Source: Amoebidium appalachense (Eukaryota; Protista; Ichthyosporea). From it: a DNA stretch of 64,000 nt. The notes under the pieces were generated by a model. The model ran no database searches. It worked only from the letters and a program-made list of their open reading frames with translations, and was not told where the DNA came from. Positions 15,147 to 41,310 of this stretch are shown here, piece after piece. A program made the position numbers and the translations under genes. The stretch's first letter is position 1; each line of letters opens with the position of its first letter. The stretch covers positions 2,620,907 to 2,684,906 of the forward strand of contig CAVNZM010000001.1 in the NCBI GenBank assembly GCA_963693365.1. The letters run 5' to 3'.

Positions 15147-16634
15147 TGTGTCAGAAGTACCTTACGAACGCTATAATGCTTGTTTGTTTTTTCACGAGGC
15201 AAAATTCACCGGGTGTATATTTCCCCAGCTTTTTTACCTACACGAACGCCAGCGCACAGATGTGTGCGCTATATGTCAGACTCCCTCGCAGAGTACGATA
15301 CCAATACTTATCACTACAGGGCAAAAGAAACTATACGGTAATGTGGCTGGAAGCGTGAAGACTAAATGCAAAGGAAAAACAAAACATCCCTTCGGAAAGT
15401 TTTGCTACTTGTATCTCGTCGCTAGCCGCAACTAAAACTGAAAAGCGCACCGCCGCGCGACTGCCTTTTTGTTCCCATTGCTGTCGACACTCCACAGTCG
15501 ATACTCGAGTACTCGCCGAGCCGACCGTCAGCGTTCCCACCAAGGGATTTGGCGGGAATTATAGACCAATCAATATTGAAAAGTTCATGAATGGTAACCA
15601 TATTGGGAGTTTTACAAAAAATTGATTGGTACAAATACCAACTCAAATCATTCTTGCGCATCATTGACGCAGCGGACACAACATAGCAGCACCACTGTGA
15701 CTCTCCGTGAGATGTGTTGTTAGTAGGCTAAGGTGAATACATGGTGGGAGTACATACAAAGCCGAGGCAATAGCGAGGAAATGGATGAAAGGAGGGAGAT
15801 ATTTGCTAACCGTTGAATACAGCTTGGTGTGAAGAAGACATGATCATATTTCATCGGAATGAATGCAGTGTAAACGCTGCAAGCACAAGTACTTCTTTGG
15901 GTCGTGAACATTATGGCATATGATCGATATAGGAATCGATATCGACCTAGTATAACAATGTTGCTATTACATAGTAGGATCGCCCTTGGGTACATACAGT
16001 GGGGGATTAGAAGCATTATTGCATACTGCCAACAACCATGATACTGAGGCCGGCCGTTAACAGAGGTGTACACGACGTGTACATGTCATGAGTATTAGAT
16101 CTATCACAGATGGACATGTGTGCTTCGGAAAGGGTAAAGTTTACATAATCTTCTTAGGGACTTTGCATAAAAGTATCTAGATCTCCATACATACGATATG
16201 CCATCTGCGGATATGGAACGAGTGAGTAATTGCACGGTGTACATCATGGGTGCGTACTGAGTGTGCACGTGGGGGCCCGGGAGTCAGCCTACAAAGCACC
16301 GCGGGGGGAGGGGGGAGGGGACGGGGAGGGGAGGGGGGGGGGGGGGGGGGAGGGGGGGAGGGGGTGTCACCGTTCGAATGGAGGGTTGGGGGGATCCGGA
16401 AGGGGAGGGAGACGGGTGGGGGGGGGGGGGGGAGGGGGGGGGGCGGGGGAGGAAGGGAGGGGAAGGGGAGGGGGGAGCCTGCGGGAGGGGGGCAGCTAGA
16501 GTATTAATTTTCGTCTTGGCTACACAGACTCGATCTACATAGACAGGATCCGGTGAAACAAGCTTAAGGCTAAAAAAAGTATGTGTGTGCACGCGCATGC
16601 GCGAGGGTGTGTGTGTGTGTGTTGAGGGCGAGGA

Positions 16635-16670
<36 letters not shown>

Positions 16671-17808
16671 ATCACATGCAGTACACGACACCGCGAGTGC
16701 CTAGATTATGGCTGTGGCGTAATTCCGAATGAGCACAATTATTTTTGATACATACTGTACGATGCACTGGGTTGCATACATGCACTGTTCTAGATAGTTA
16801 GTGACTGTCGCATTATAATCCCAAAAAAATTATGTGACCAAACAGCAGCACCATCATGATGGTAACGTCGTGCAAAGCCCTGAAACAGTATAGCGAAAGC
16901 GCTGGCCTCACAGGGACTGGGCATGTTGAGAAATTGAAAACGGTATGTCCATAGCCATCACATAAGCTTTTCTGTTAATCAACTGTGCACCCATTGTTCA
17001 TGCACCGTGAGGCGGGGGCACTGAAAAAAGCCTCGGAGGGGGAGGGTTGGGGAGGGGGGAGGAGAGGGGCGGGAGGGATGGAGGGGGAGGGTTGGGGAGG
17101 GGGGAGGAGAGGGGCGGGAGGGATGGAGGGGGAGGGGGGAGGGGGAGAAGGGGAAGAGAGGGAGGCCTGTGAGGGTGTACGGAGTAAGCATAGCTTGCGG
17201 TCCTGCCGCACTGCCTTTAAGGTCTGTTTATAAAACTGCTGTCCATGAAGATTATTACTGACTTACTGATTTTTAGGCTCCCCTCAAAATCCGATCGCGA
17301 GTGCCTATGTTTGCACCACGATTCAGATGGCCAGGACATCATACTTAGAAATCGTAGAGGCTATGTATATACCTACAAACGCTTACAAAAACCTTTGACT
17401 ACCGGTTTAAAAGGGCGGGTCTGTTAACCAGTTACAGGTAGGCCACCTTTATACAGTTTGAAAGGAGGAATTAGGTCGTATTAATCTAAGCCCGCAAGTT
17501 TCGGGTTCCTGGAATTAAGTAGGCCGTGCAACTGAGTAGCCAGGGTGAAAATTATCGACGGCCTTTTCCCGTAAAAAAGGTACAACAATCAAGAGACTGC
17601 AAGTCTTGTGGGCATGTGGTATGCACACCATTCTGTAATAGCTAAAACTATTGGACATGCATCATGCGTTTGACCACATGCTGTACACAGACATACCGTG
17701 CCTAAAAAAAAAAAGGTGGTGGTGGAAGGGGAGGGGGGGGGGGGGGGGGGGGGGGGGGAGAATCTCAGAGGGGGAGGGGGAGGGGAGAGGGAGAGGGAGA
17801 GAGAGAGG

Positions 17809-17854
<46 letters not shown>

Positions 17855-18095
17855 CGAACGAAGATGAGAAAGGAAAAGGCGGGCGCAGTAATACATAAAA
17901 CTACAAGCGGTACCGGAGTGGCGCTATCTTCAAATCCGAATCCAAAGCAGTATACAGTACTTTGCATACTGTTTATTGGCCATTTATGCCTATAAAAAAA
18001 GACTGCCACACTAATATTGCCAAATCGCGATTCGTTAAAGAGTCTGCACCAGTTGCCCTTGCCGGGCCATGCAAGACATCATCGAATAGAACACA

Positions 18096-19142
18096 CTATC
18101 CAGCATTTACAAGGTGACCCGACTGCGAGGGCACGGAAAAAAACGAAGACCCGTAGCTGCTGTAGCCGTCAGAGTTTTGTTCCAGGTCCACCGTGGGTGC
18201 CATATGGAACTCATCATACGACCCCAGCGAGGGATTCACCTGGTCGTCCAGGTTGCCCGCAGGGAGGCACCCTAGTGACCAGCTGGCGGCTGAGTGTCGC
18301 TGGTCCATATACTCCCACAACCCATCCTCCTCGGACGAGGTGTAAGGGGAAGAAAGAGCAGTGAGTTGAACACCAGCCACGGATGATCGGTGCTCCTGCT
18401 TAGTGCCGATAGTTGGGTTTGGTGGCGTAGATCTGGTGGGTACATCGGCTGCGAATCGTGATCGGGAGTGCACATGAGGCCAAGGAGGTGGAACCCAGGC
18501 ACACTCAACTGTCGCCTTGAAGTTCTTCCCCTCGTTGTTGTCCCAATACGATGTTCCACCCATGTTTACGGACAGTGCAAACTCGACCTCCATTCCAACA
18601 ATCATCAGCGATGATGGTAGTAGAAGGACAAACGTGAAGATGTCTACTGTCCCGGAAGAGCGGCTCCAGGAATACGACGAGCGCACATCTTGAAACGTAC
18701 ACCAGTGGTCTGTGGTGTATCGAACAAAAGCATCCTTCTCGTATTGCCAATTCTTAACAGAAAAGGATCCAGTAATTGCGTTGAGCCTCTCGTCGTATCT
18801 CGCAAACCCCAGGGAAATGACAGCGTTGTCGCGCCCACTTGGTCGCGTCAGAATCGTCAATGTGACACCGCGGGTGAAGGTGTTTTCCGATAATTGTTGC
18901 TCTGAGCATGAGGTTGAACGCTGGGTTCTTGACGGGTGTTCCAGTTTCCTAACATGTAAATGAGGCGCATTGCCGCAAAATGATGGGGGATCGTGCTTGC
19001 AAAACTCTTTCACGGCTGTGAGCGACTTCCCGGGGACAGCGTCCGCAAAGGAAACGCGTCGACGGGATAGTTCTTGGACGGTGACTGCGCTCAGGCAAGG
19101 TCTGAGCCACAGCTCGGACTTGGAGTCCAGTGTGTTGCACAT
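18096..19142 (-). CDS. Protein phosphatase 1 glycogen-targeting regulatory subunit (PPP1R3/Gac1-like; RVxF motif + CBM21 domain), intronless, ~348 aa
   Basis: RRRVSFADA is a PP1-docking motif. CBM21 signatures are GSFSVKNWQYEKDAFVRYTTDHW and YWDNNEGKNF. First ATG at 19142 (the ORF track starts at a non-ATG codon at 19199). Confidence 0.92.
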   Translation of the reverse strand: MCNTLDSKSELWLRPCLSAVTVQELSRRRVSFADAVPGKSLTAVKEFCKHDPPSFCGNAPHLHVRKLEHPSRTQRSTSCSEQQLSENTFTRGVTLTILTRPSGRDNAVISLGFARYDERLNAITGSFSVKNWQYEKDAFVRYTTDHWCTFQDVRSSYSWSRSSGTVDIFTFVLLLPSSLMIVGMEVEFALSVNMGGTSYWDNNEGKNFKATVECAWVPPPWPHVHSRSRFAADVPTRSTPPNPTIGTKQEHRSSVAGVQLTALSSPYTSSEEDGLWEYMDQRHSAASWSLGCLPAGNLDDQVNPSLGSYDEFHMAPTVDLEQNSDGYSSYGSSFFSVPSQSGHLVNAG

Positions 19143-20977
19143 TGCGATGTGCTTAGTGGCAAGGGCTGCCAGGATACGCGGGAAACGGGTGATAATCAAT
19201 TAACCTATCCACGAGCCTGCTTGTAATTCTAAATAATGAGAACTAGAACGCTAGATGTTGTCTATAATTATACTAGCCGGCATTGACTCCAGAGCTCTGC
19301 ACTGCCTTCTCAGTGTGCACCATGGACACGTGTTCGTGTGATTTCTTTCTTCTAACTTCAGCAACCAATCGAGTTCATCTTGTGTCCTACAATATAGAAC
19401 ACTCGCGGCGGAACAGTGTTGTGAAACTTGTTCACTAACTGGCAGTCTGTAGTAGAAATACTCAACACAGGCGGCATAGTAAGCGGGGTATATGCTCGTT
19501 GCCACGGCACAAGCAAGTTCTAGGGAAGGGGCCGCAGTGTTCACCGTTTGCAGACCGTCCAGAAGAAAAATTGAAGCAGGCGCTGATTGGTGTTTTTTGC
19601 AATTGTAATGAACGGGTGCAAACATTCTGTGAGATGACCACTCACATGCTGTTTGAAGACGTCGTCAACGTTGACACAATAGGTTGAAGCTGGAAAACTT
19701 TCCCACGAATAAAGAAAAATAAAAACATGGATTTTTGAAAATTCTGGCATATCAGTTAACCCTCGTAGTCCTCTTTTTTTTAATTTTTTTTAATAAGTTT
19801 TTTGTGATTGCGAATCAATGCCATTCATTCAAATAACCGTCACCATGACCCAGTCGCTGGCTGGTCGCAAATGTGCCTCACCAGTAGGATTTTGCACCCC
19901 CTCAGGGAATGGTTTTCCAGAACTGTAAGTATTACCAAATATGGTTGCTGGAAGATTCCCCGGCGAATCCCCGGCGGCCCCGCGGGCCCCGCCCAGGAGG
20001 TAGGCGTCATGATTGGATTCAGCGCCAGTTTTGTGCAGCCTACCAACCAATTAGGTACTATCCCTGGGATTCTTTCGTTTTCTACCAAAAAAATCTTTCA
20101 AAAAAAGTTGCCACCCCAGTGTAACATTTGTTCCACGAGACAGCGCCGGCGGCCCCAGCGCCGCAGTGGCCATTACAAAGTAGATAGGTCTCCCCTCGAC
20201 CAGTACTTTTCCGCCGGATTCGGTATGGACCGTGCTCTCCCGTTACTGTTACCCCTCTCGGAAATCATGCGGGCCCGACGGTATCCCGTGTGCACTGCTT
20301 AAAATCCTTGTCCCCCCCCGGCCAGACAAGGAAGAAGACCGTCCCCCCGGCCCCCCCCCCCCCCCCCCCCCCCCTCGTTGACGGTCATTCTTAGCACACT
20401 CTTCACATGGTTCTACAATACAGGTATGATTCCCTCGACAACGGTTAGACACTCTGGTGGTTCCCATTCGGAAGCAGGCAGCACATAGTACCATCGACGA
20501 GTTGGGGCCGAGGGGAAGTGACGTACATTTATCCAATAGAGTTGTGCAGTATTTTTGTGTGTTGGTCTGCATAACGGTTACGACTATTGTAAATATTCTC
20601 ACACCGTTACATACGTACCCTGTAAACACAAATTTTCGGATTTTAACCCCTAGCCGTTCGCCGATGCATTTTTGCATCATTTTCAAAAATAAATGCATCA
20701 GCGACCTTCGAAAATAAATAGCGCCTGGCGCGTAATAGTCATGACGCTAGGAATTTAAATTTGGCCTAACTTAGTATATGTTTTCTACTTTCAAAAACCC
20801 CAAAAAACACCGGGGTCGACTATGTTTTTCTGTTTCTCGTGGGTGGTTTGCCTAACTGTGTCTATATTTTCATCGAGCGGCCCCCAAATTTTCGAAGGCT
20901 GGCGGCAGGATCGGATGCCCGGGATTCACGGATTCCAACCCTGGAATCGATCGGCTGATATGTGCATCAATCCGATT

Positions 20978-21970
20978 CACCCCTCCATCCTTCTATTAGA
21001 CTTACATTTATTCGCACTTTTGTCTTCCCGGCATGTGAATATGGTTTACCCCTTCTCGCCGCTTGGATCAAGAAAGAGAGAACTAGAGCGCTTAAACCCT
21101 TGGCAAATTTCCTTGAAGCAGAAGTTGCCTCCTTTCTATCTAACAACTGTTGTAAACCTGGGCCTGTAACGCTCTCGATATATGGTCTGGTCCCAATAGC
21201 TGCTAGAGTATCCTATCTCGCGCTGAAATTCAATAAGCACATAAGCCGCTTAAAGAAGTATTTGCCCTCCCACCCTCTCTTCTCTATCCGACCTGTCCCC
21301 TCCTCACCTCTCCCCTCTTTCCTCCCCTCTCCCCCCGCTTCTCCCCTGGGCACAAATACATATAAACCCCGCAATAGTGTGTGTGTGACTTTAAATTTGG
21401 ACTGCCACTTACTTACTAAACATGTACACAATCACAAGATAATCACGCAATATAACAAATGGAAAAAGATACCACACGACACTAGACCCGATGAAAGCAT
21501 ACACCTTGAAAAACTAAGCCTTATGTCTCGTTTTATATATACTGACCGCCTCAACCATATTGCCAAATATGGCACTCGCAAATGTATAACACCTAAATAC
21601 ATATTACCTTCCTGTAGAACTGGTCTTTCTCTAGCTGATGGTATTATTGATCAATTACCACGCTTTTACTGTACACGTGCTATACAGTGGAGATCTAATA
21701 AGTATAAGGTGGCATCATTTGCATGCCCAAACAACACACACACACACCAGTTTAACCGGTCATGTATCGCCAAATACAGTTTGATAGACCACATAATACC
21801 GCAACACACACGTCACATTCACAACAGACACCCAGAAAGATAGCCTACCTGTAAATTACAACATCCTTGATTTTATACTAAACACGCGTAACTACGACCT
21901 GTTTATTAGATGTATTGATTGGCTTGAGAAACACATCACTACAAAATTATAGCGCACGCGCACACACACA

Positions 21971-22047
<77 letters not shown>

Positions 22048-22081
22048 CCAGCTGATACCGAGTGTCCCAAGGGGAGCCCCT

Positions 22082-22112
<31 letters not shown>

Positions 22113-22320
22113 TAAAAAAAAGGGGAACCCCAACTAATTGATTTCTCCTTGTAGTCTTTATGGTGTCTCGTAGAGAAAGTAAACCCTGATATATAGTCAC
22201 CACCCGACATCTATGTACGTGATCATGATATACCGCTGAGGGGATATTCCGAGCAACCCCCCCCCCCCCATACCTGAGACTGGTTCTCTTTGCCTCGAGT
22301 AAACAGCGTAAACCCCCTCC
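20978..22320 (+). mobile_element. 5'-truncated non-LTR retrotransposon, copy 1 (C-terminal ORF fragment + 3' region)
   Basis: 10-bp TSD CAATCCGATT at 20968-20977 and 22321-22330. ORF fragment IRLTFIRTFVFPACEYGLPLL resembles the post-RT region of LINE ORF2, followed by a Cys/His region. A 2-bp frameshift in a CA run near 21805 distinguishes it from copy 2. Near-identical to 39288-40377 (-). Confidence 0.85.
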
Positions 22321-22539
22321 CAATCCGATTTGCTAATATCTTTACGGGGATTCATGAATTTCATATTACGTGCACACTCGCACACGCGCGCACACATACG
22401 CATACACACAATGTCATGTACACTTACCACACACACACATGTACACACAGCCTACAGGCTACAGCACACACACACACGCACGTTTACACACCGTGGCACA
22501 CACTCCTCACTCAGTGTACACACACACACACATGTACAC

Positions 22540-22573
<34 letters not shown>

Positions 22574-22759
22574 TTGCAACCCATGCACACACGCGCTGGC
22601 ATATGCATGAGCGCACGCGTGCGCGCTAACACACACACACACTCACTCGCACACACACACACACTCACGCGCGCGCGCGTGCGCACACACACACCCACAC
22701 TCGCATCGTTTACACAGAAACCTCATTTCGGGATAACAACACCCAAGGTTTCTACCTAG

Positions 22760-22919
22760 CCGGTCAGCCCGGTGACCGACCCGGCTCGGAACTTTCGTGA
22801 CCGATCGATCGCGACTGACCGACCGACGATGTCCCAAAATTTCTACGACCCGACCGTGACCGACCCGGCAAGTTCGGAACCCGACCGACCCGACCCGTGA
22901 AACTTTTGACACATCCCTG
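22760..22919. mobile_element. Terminal fragment of a hAT-like DNA transposon
   Basis: A dense cluster of (CC)GACC(C)G subterminal repeats ends in ACATCCCTG. Its reverse complement CAGGGATGT resembles the Ac-type TIR CAGGGATG. No partner end was found in the window. Confidence 0.55.
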
Positions 22920-23265
22920 CCAATGAACCTGCAACCTTCCCTGCTACCTTCTGAGGACAGGACTGATCACGTGACTCACCTGCCCAGCGTCGAATCTATC
23001 GTAATCGGCTAGAGGGCACAGTCAGTACGTGCCAGCAACCTTCCTCGCGACTCCCGACTCGAGTCCCGAGCCCTTTGAATGGTCGTGCACGTGCCCCACG
23101 AGTCACGACTACGTGCACACGTGTGCAATGACTGATAAAAAATCACCAACACTTTATCTGCTCAAAACTGCATTTGTACATGTCTTCGAGTCTGCACTCT
23201 GCAGCCAGCTCACAACATGATCCCGAATATTAAAAGTTGTCACATTTGGTCCAAACGGGGGGGGG

Positions 23266-23348
23266 TGCCGTGCCGACGGGCTGTGACTGCCACTGAGACA
23301 TGACAAGTGCCGTGCCGACGGGCTGTGACTGCCACTGAGATATGACAT
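23266..23348. repeat. Tandem duplication of a 42-bp unit
   Basis: GTGCCGTGCCGACGGGCTGTGACTGCCACTGAGA(C/T)ATGACA occurs twice. Confidence 0.9.
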
Positions 23349-23610
23349 CCACTCAGTCTAGCATAGCTGTGCATGTGGCAGTGCCGCAGCATCCACGTGT
23401 GTCTGCATTAAGTGTCTACGATACAGGGGGGGAGGATGGAGGGAGCGAGAAGGGAGGGAGAGAGAGAGGGGGGGGGGGGGGGGGGGGGGGGGAGAGAGAG
23501 AGAGAGAGAGAGAGATCTAGAAGGAGAGAGGAGCGGAAGAGGGAGGAAGACTCTGAGAAGAAGAGCCGGGGAGGGAGGGCTCGAGAGAGAGAGAGAGAGA
23601 AACTAGAGAG

Positions 23611-23653
<43 letters not shown>

Positions 23654-23805
23654 CTAGAGAGAGAGAGAAAGAGAATAGAGAGAGGAAGGGGAGAGAGGGG
23701 GGAAGGGGGGGGGGGGGGGGACGCAGAGACTAGAGAGAGAGAGAGAAAAAAAGAGAGAGAGGGAGATGGAGAGAAGAGGAGGGGGAGAGAGGGGGGGAGG
23801 GGGGA

Positions 23806-23984
<179 letters not shown>

Positions 23985-25151
23985 TGTGTGTGTGTGTACA
24001 GTTGCTGTAGTAGTGTGTGCAAGTGTGGCATGCCACAACGAGCGCGCGGGCGCGTGTGTGTGCGTGGGATAATCACTTAGCGTGTGTGTGTGGTGTGTCA
24101 GGTTGTCACAAAAGTGCCAAATTCAACACGGCCCATCATGGTCATTGCTCATGATCAGACGCGCGTCACAGTGTGCACATGTTGCTGATCACACCAGCCA
24201 GAGTGCAGGACAGTCACTGGAGTCAAACATGCATACATATATATGTGTAACTCAATCAATACATGTACGTGTGTTAAGTGTGTGTGTGCATGTGCACGTG
24301 CTCTTCAGTGGTACCACGCTTCTTCGCGCATGTGCAAGCTGTTCAATCATTCAAGGTAACGAAATGCCTGGGTAACGCTGCAGATGGCAGGCAGAAAAAC
24401 GATCCACCTCTTTCCCATGCTTGATGTTACATTTGAGCAGTGTTGCAAGTTGCAAATCGTCAAAATCATGCGTCAAGACAACACCCCTTGCTTCGAGTCA
24501 GTAGATGCAAACTTCAAATTTAATACGTGATTCGACGAGTTGTGTAAAGCTTGGCGCGCATGTTTTTTCGAACTACTACTATCTGAACAACATTTGTCAT
24601 GCCAGACTAAGTAATGACACTGTCGGGGACACACAGAAAATATTCAACGGCATGTGCTGCGCGACAATTGGGTCGAATGGGTTAGGAAAAATGCATTTAT
24701 CATTAGCCACTAGGCATACAAAGTAAAACCAACAACCATAAACTAAACACATTCGCAAACTCGAAAGTACTAGACGAGCGTGATATAAAACCTTGTGTGG
24801 TAACAGATCTATGTGTCGGCGTGAATTTCATACTTTTACCTATCAACACTCATATCATTACATTCTCTGTGGTTGGTCGGACTAGAGGTATCCTGCCCCT
24901 GCCAATGATTCCTACCAAATTGAATGCCTTCACACACACAACTCTTCGTAAATTATACATATGTAGTGTCACACGACGGGATATGGACATGATTTCTAGC
25001 AATTCTTCTTACTGAATGACTCAACTTTTCAACTGCGCGCTATCAGCTAACAACAGCACGTCCAGGGATAGCCATGTGTACAGGTGAATGCTTTCTCATG
25101 ACCGGCCAAAGCACACACAAGAGCACACACGCACACGCACACGCACACACA

Positions 25152-25182
<31 letters not shown>

Positions 25183-25381
25183 CCACACACACACCCACCC
25201 ACCCACCCACCCACCCACACACACACACAACAAAACACATCCACACACAGAGTGTCACAACAAAACACATCAACTACATGGAGGCATACGAGGCACACAT
25301 GCACGAGCTGTACAAACGACATGGAAGGTCCTACCATACATCAAGGAACATTCGAGCATCTGTGCACGTGGAAGACACCCC

Positions 25382-37949
<12,568 letters not shown>

Positions 37950-39287
37950 GCTGCGCCACCTCACCCAAATACATCACGGTGCCCTGTAGCCATATACAAG
38001 CACCTGGAAACGGTGTCCAGAGGTGTTAGGAAGAGACCATGATGAACCAAGAGGGTGATAGACAAACAGCAGTTGCTAAGAAGATTGGATATGATGAAGA
38101 TTGATTGCTCTTGGTAAAGAGTTGAAGGGAGAGAGAGTGAGAAGAGTAAGGAGTGTAGGGAGCAGGAGGACGGGTGTGGGAGGACGGCCTGGGGAGGGGG
38201 TGGGGGGGAGGGAGGGGGGCGGGGAAGCTAGGGAAGTCTGCCTGAAAGTTAATGTGGCATAGGAAACTAGAGCTTGCCTTGCACATCGTGAAGCTCTTAT
38301 AAACGTATCATCTGCGTACACACAAACGAAACTATGGAAAAATGCAGGTGCACCATGGGAAGTGCAGGTCATAGCACAACGTTTGTGTAGGTACCGTTAG
38401 CGCCAATGTATAGAAATAGCGTGCTTACTTGGCTTGCTCGTTTGGTCAATTTCAGTGAAAAACTACGCAGGATGTAAGGTCCCAAGTCTGGTTTTGTCAC
38501 TCAGGATGACTAAGCGTCTGAGTGAGGCAGCAGTCGGTTAGCAGTCGCTTAATTTTGTATATGAAGTCGAGAAAATATATAGGGAAAAAACGTGCCATGT
38601 GCATGTGCCAGGAGGTAACATGGAGGGGTGGGCAACACACAACCAGAAAAGGGAAAGTCGTTGGCCGAGCGTAAGGGGAAGCTACTCAGTCACTTACGTG
38701 TACAGCGGTTTGGCGGTCAGAGTGATGTGTCTCTAATTTTACGGATCAGGTCTCGCGGTGCACCAGAAATAAGCCTCCCGTTGTATGGATCTGACGTTCA
38801 TGAAAAACTGTCTACCCACGGTGCAATTTGAATGTACGTACGAGTTGCCACTGATGGTAACTCAGTGATGTGAGATTCAATAGGTAAAGCGGACGTCAAC
38901 CATAAATGGTATACTTGGTGAGGCGTATTATGCCACCAATACGATAAAACCCTCGTTGCACGTGTAACCCAACAAAACATCGGCTCCAAAGCCCGTGTCT
39001 GTGCTTCAGAGGTGTGTCAGCACGCCACAGATGTAATGGTCAGAACACCACAACGCGTGGTGTCCAGACCATAATATCAAACCCTCTTCTTCGTGTGTGG
39101 AATATCTATCATAAAAAGGCTGAACTTCAACACAGCAACCTTTACATATGATACCTTCTAAGTAGGTAAACTGAACAGTCTCTGTTAACGTTGAAACTGC
39201 GCCTTTTTTGCCCGCCAAAAATCACCGGCCGGCGGGCCGGCGCCAGCTGGCGATTTTTTTGTTTACGGCTCAGAGACGTCATCAAGG

Positions 39288-39481
39288 GGGTTTACGCTGT
39301 TTACTCGAGGCAAAGAGAACCAGTCTCAGGTATGGGGGGGGGGGGTTTGCTCGGAATATCCCCTCAGCGGTATATCATGATCACGTACATAGATGTCGGG
39401 TGGTGACTATATATCAGGGTTTACTTTCTCTACGAGACACCATAAAGACTACAAGGAGAAATCAATTAGTTGGGGTTCCCC

Positions 39482-39526
<45 letters not shown>

Positions 39527-39558
39527 GGGCTCCCCTCGGGACACTCGGTATCAGCTGG

Positions 39559-39611
<53 letters not shown>

Positions 39612-40377
39612 TGTGTGTGTGTGCGCGTGCGCTATAATTTTGTAGTGATGTGTTTCTCAAGCCAATCAATACATCTAATAAACAGGTCGTAGTTACGCGT
39701 GTTTAGTATAAAATCAAGGATGTTGTAATTTACAGGTAGGCTATCTTTCTGGGTGTCTGTTGTGAATGTGACGTGTGTGTGTTGCGGTATTATGTGGTCT
39801 ATCAAACTACATTTGGCGATACATGACCGGTTAAACTGGTGTGTGTGTGTGTTGTTTGGGCATGCAAATGATGCCACCTTATACTTATTAGATCTCCACT
39901 GTATAGCACGTGTACAGTAAAAGCGTGGTAATTGATCAATAATACCATCAGCTAGAGAAAGACCAGTTCTACAGGAAGGTAATATGTATTTAGGTGTTAT
40001 ACACTTGCGAGTGCCATATTTGGCAATATGGTTGAGGCGGTCAGTATATATAAAACGAGACATAAGGCTTAGTTTTTCAAGGTGTATGCTTTCATCGGGT
40101 CTAGTGTCGTGTGGTATCTTTTTCCATTTGTTATATTGCGTGATTATCTTGTGATTGTGTACATGTTTAATAAGTAAGTGGCAGTCCAAAGTCACACACA
40201 CACTATTGCGGGGTTTATTTGTATTTGTGCCCAGGGGAGAAGGGGAGAGAGAGGGGAGGAAAGAGGGGAGAGGTGAGGAGGGGACAGGTCGGATAGAGAA
40301 GAGAGGGTGGGAGGGCAAATACTTCTTTAAGCGGCTTATGTGCTTATTGAATTTCAGCGCGAGATAGGATACTCTAG
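39288..40377 (-). mobile_element. 5'-truncated non-LTR retrotransposon, copy 2
   Basis: TSD CATCAAGG at 39280-39287 and 40378-40385. The ORF fragment is open to ...YNILDFILNTRNYDLFIRCIDWLEKHITTKL*. Truncated ~220 bp further 3' than copy 1, with the same 3' end. Confidence 0.85.
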
Positions 40378-41310
40378 CATCAAGGTTATGACGAGCGGTC
40401 GACGGGCCACCGGCCAGCCAGCCGGCCCCCAGCCCCGGCTGCCCGGGGCCCTGGCCCTCAGGCTCTCTCGGCTGAGCTTTTTGTAGATAGATTTGCTGTT
40501 CTTGTATAAATGCAGTCACTCTTCATTTTAATCGATCCTCACCCTTCCCTTTATCACCAGGCAGAAGATTTTCTTTACCATGATGAATAGGGCTCCGAAT
40601 TCATGTGGAGTTCACTTTCGGCCTTGGCCATGCATTTGACACCCCCTCCTTCATTTGTCATAAACCAATCATACAGAACAAAGCTCATTAGTTAAAACAA
40701 CTAGATAGCCACAAAGATAACCATTTTTGGAAGTACTTTGAAGTGAAGTCTTGATATTCTTATCTAACTCAAATATTTAGCTTGCAGCCAGCAATTTTTT
40801 AAAAAAAAATGTATATTTTATAGTTTTATAAACAACCTCTTTTTACTATTTAGCCAAGCAAGGGACATATTTATAATATGCCGCTGCTTCTTCATGATTT
40901 TGCATAGCTCAATTTTCTTAGAGGGGGTGCAAATTCATTTACATGTCGCACTCTAAAAAGAATCTGTTCAGTTTCACTTGTTGAAGCTTTCCCTCACACA
41001 AGCAAACGCAGACACAGAACCAGAACAGCCTTTTACGGTTTGACCATCCTTCGTAACATCGTGGGTCGGTAAAGAATTAGAAGCTGAGGAGCGTCCACAT
41101 TGAACCTTTTTTCCCCCTCCTTAATAAGGCTTTTCACATGATATGGTATTCTTGGTACTCGTTCTTTGAACAAAGTTTGAATTATAGGAAGCAGAAGTAG
41201 TCAGCTTTGATAGGTCTGGTTGTTTGGACGCGATAGCCCAAGAAGCGTATTTACTCGAATTGGGAAAGCATCTAAGTCACCGAAGTTTCTTCTGACGCAC
41301 AAACTACAAG

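Noticed and set aside
19756-20967. piggyBac-like element starting TTAACCCTCGTAGTCC
   Set aside because: No matching right TIR or transposase remnant was found. It may be TE-derived but this is unsupported.
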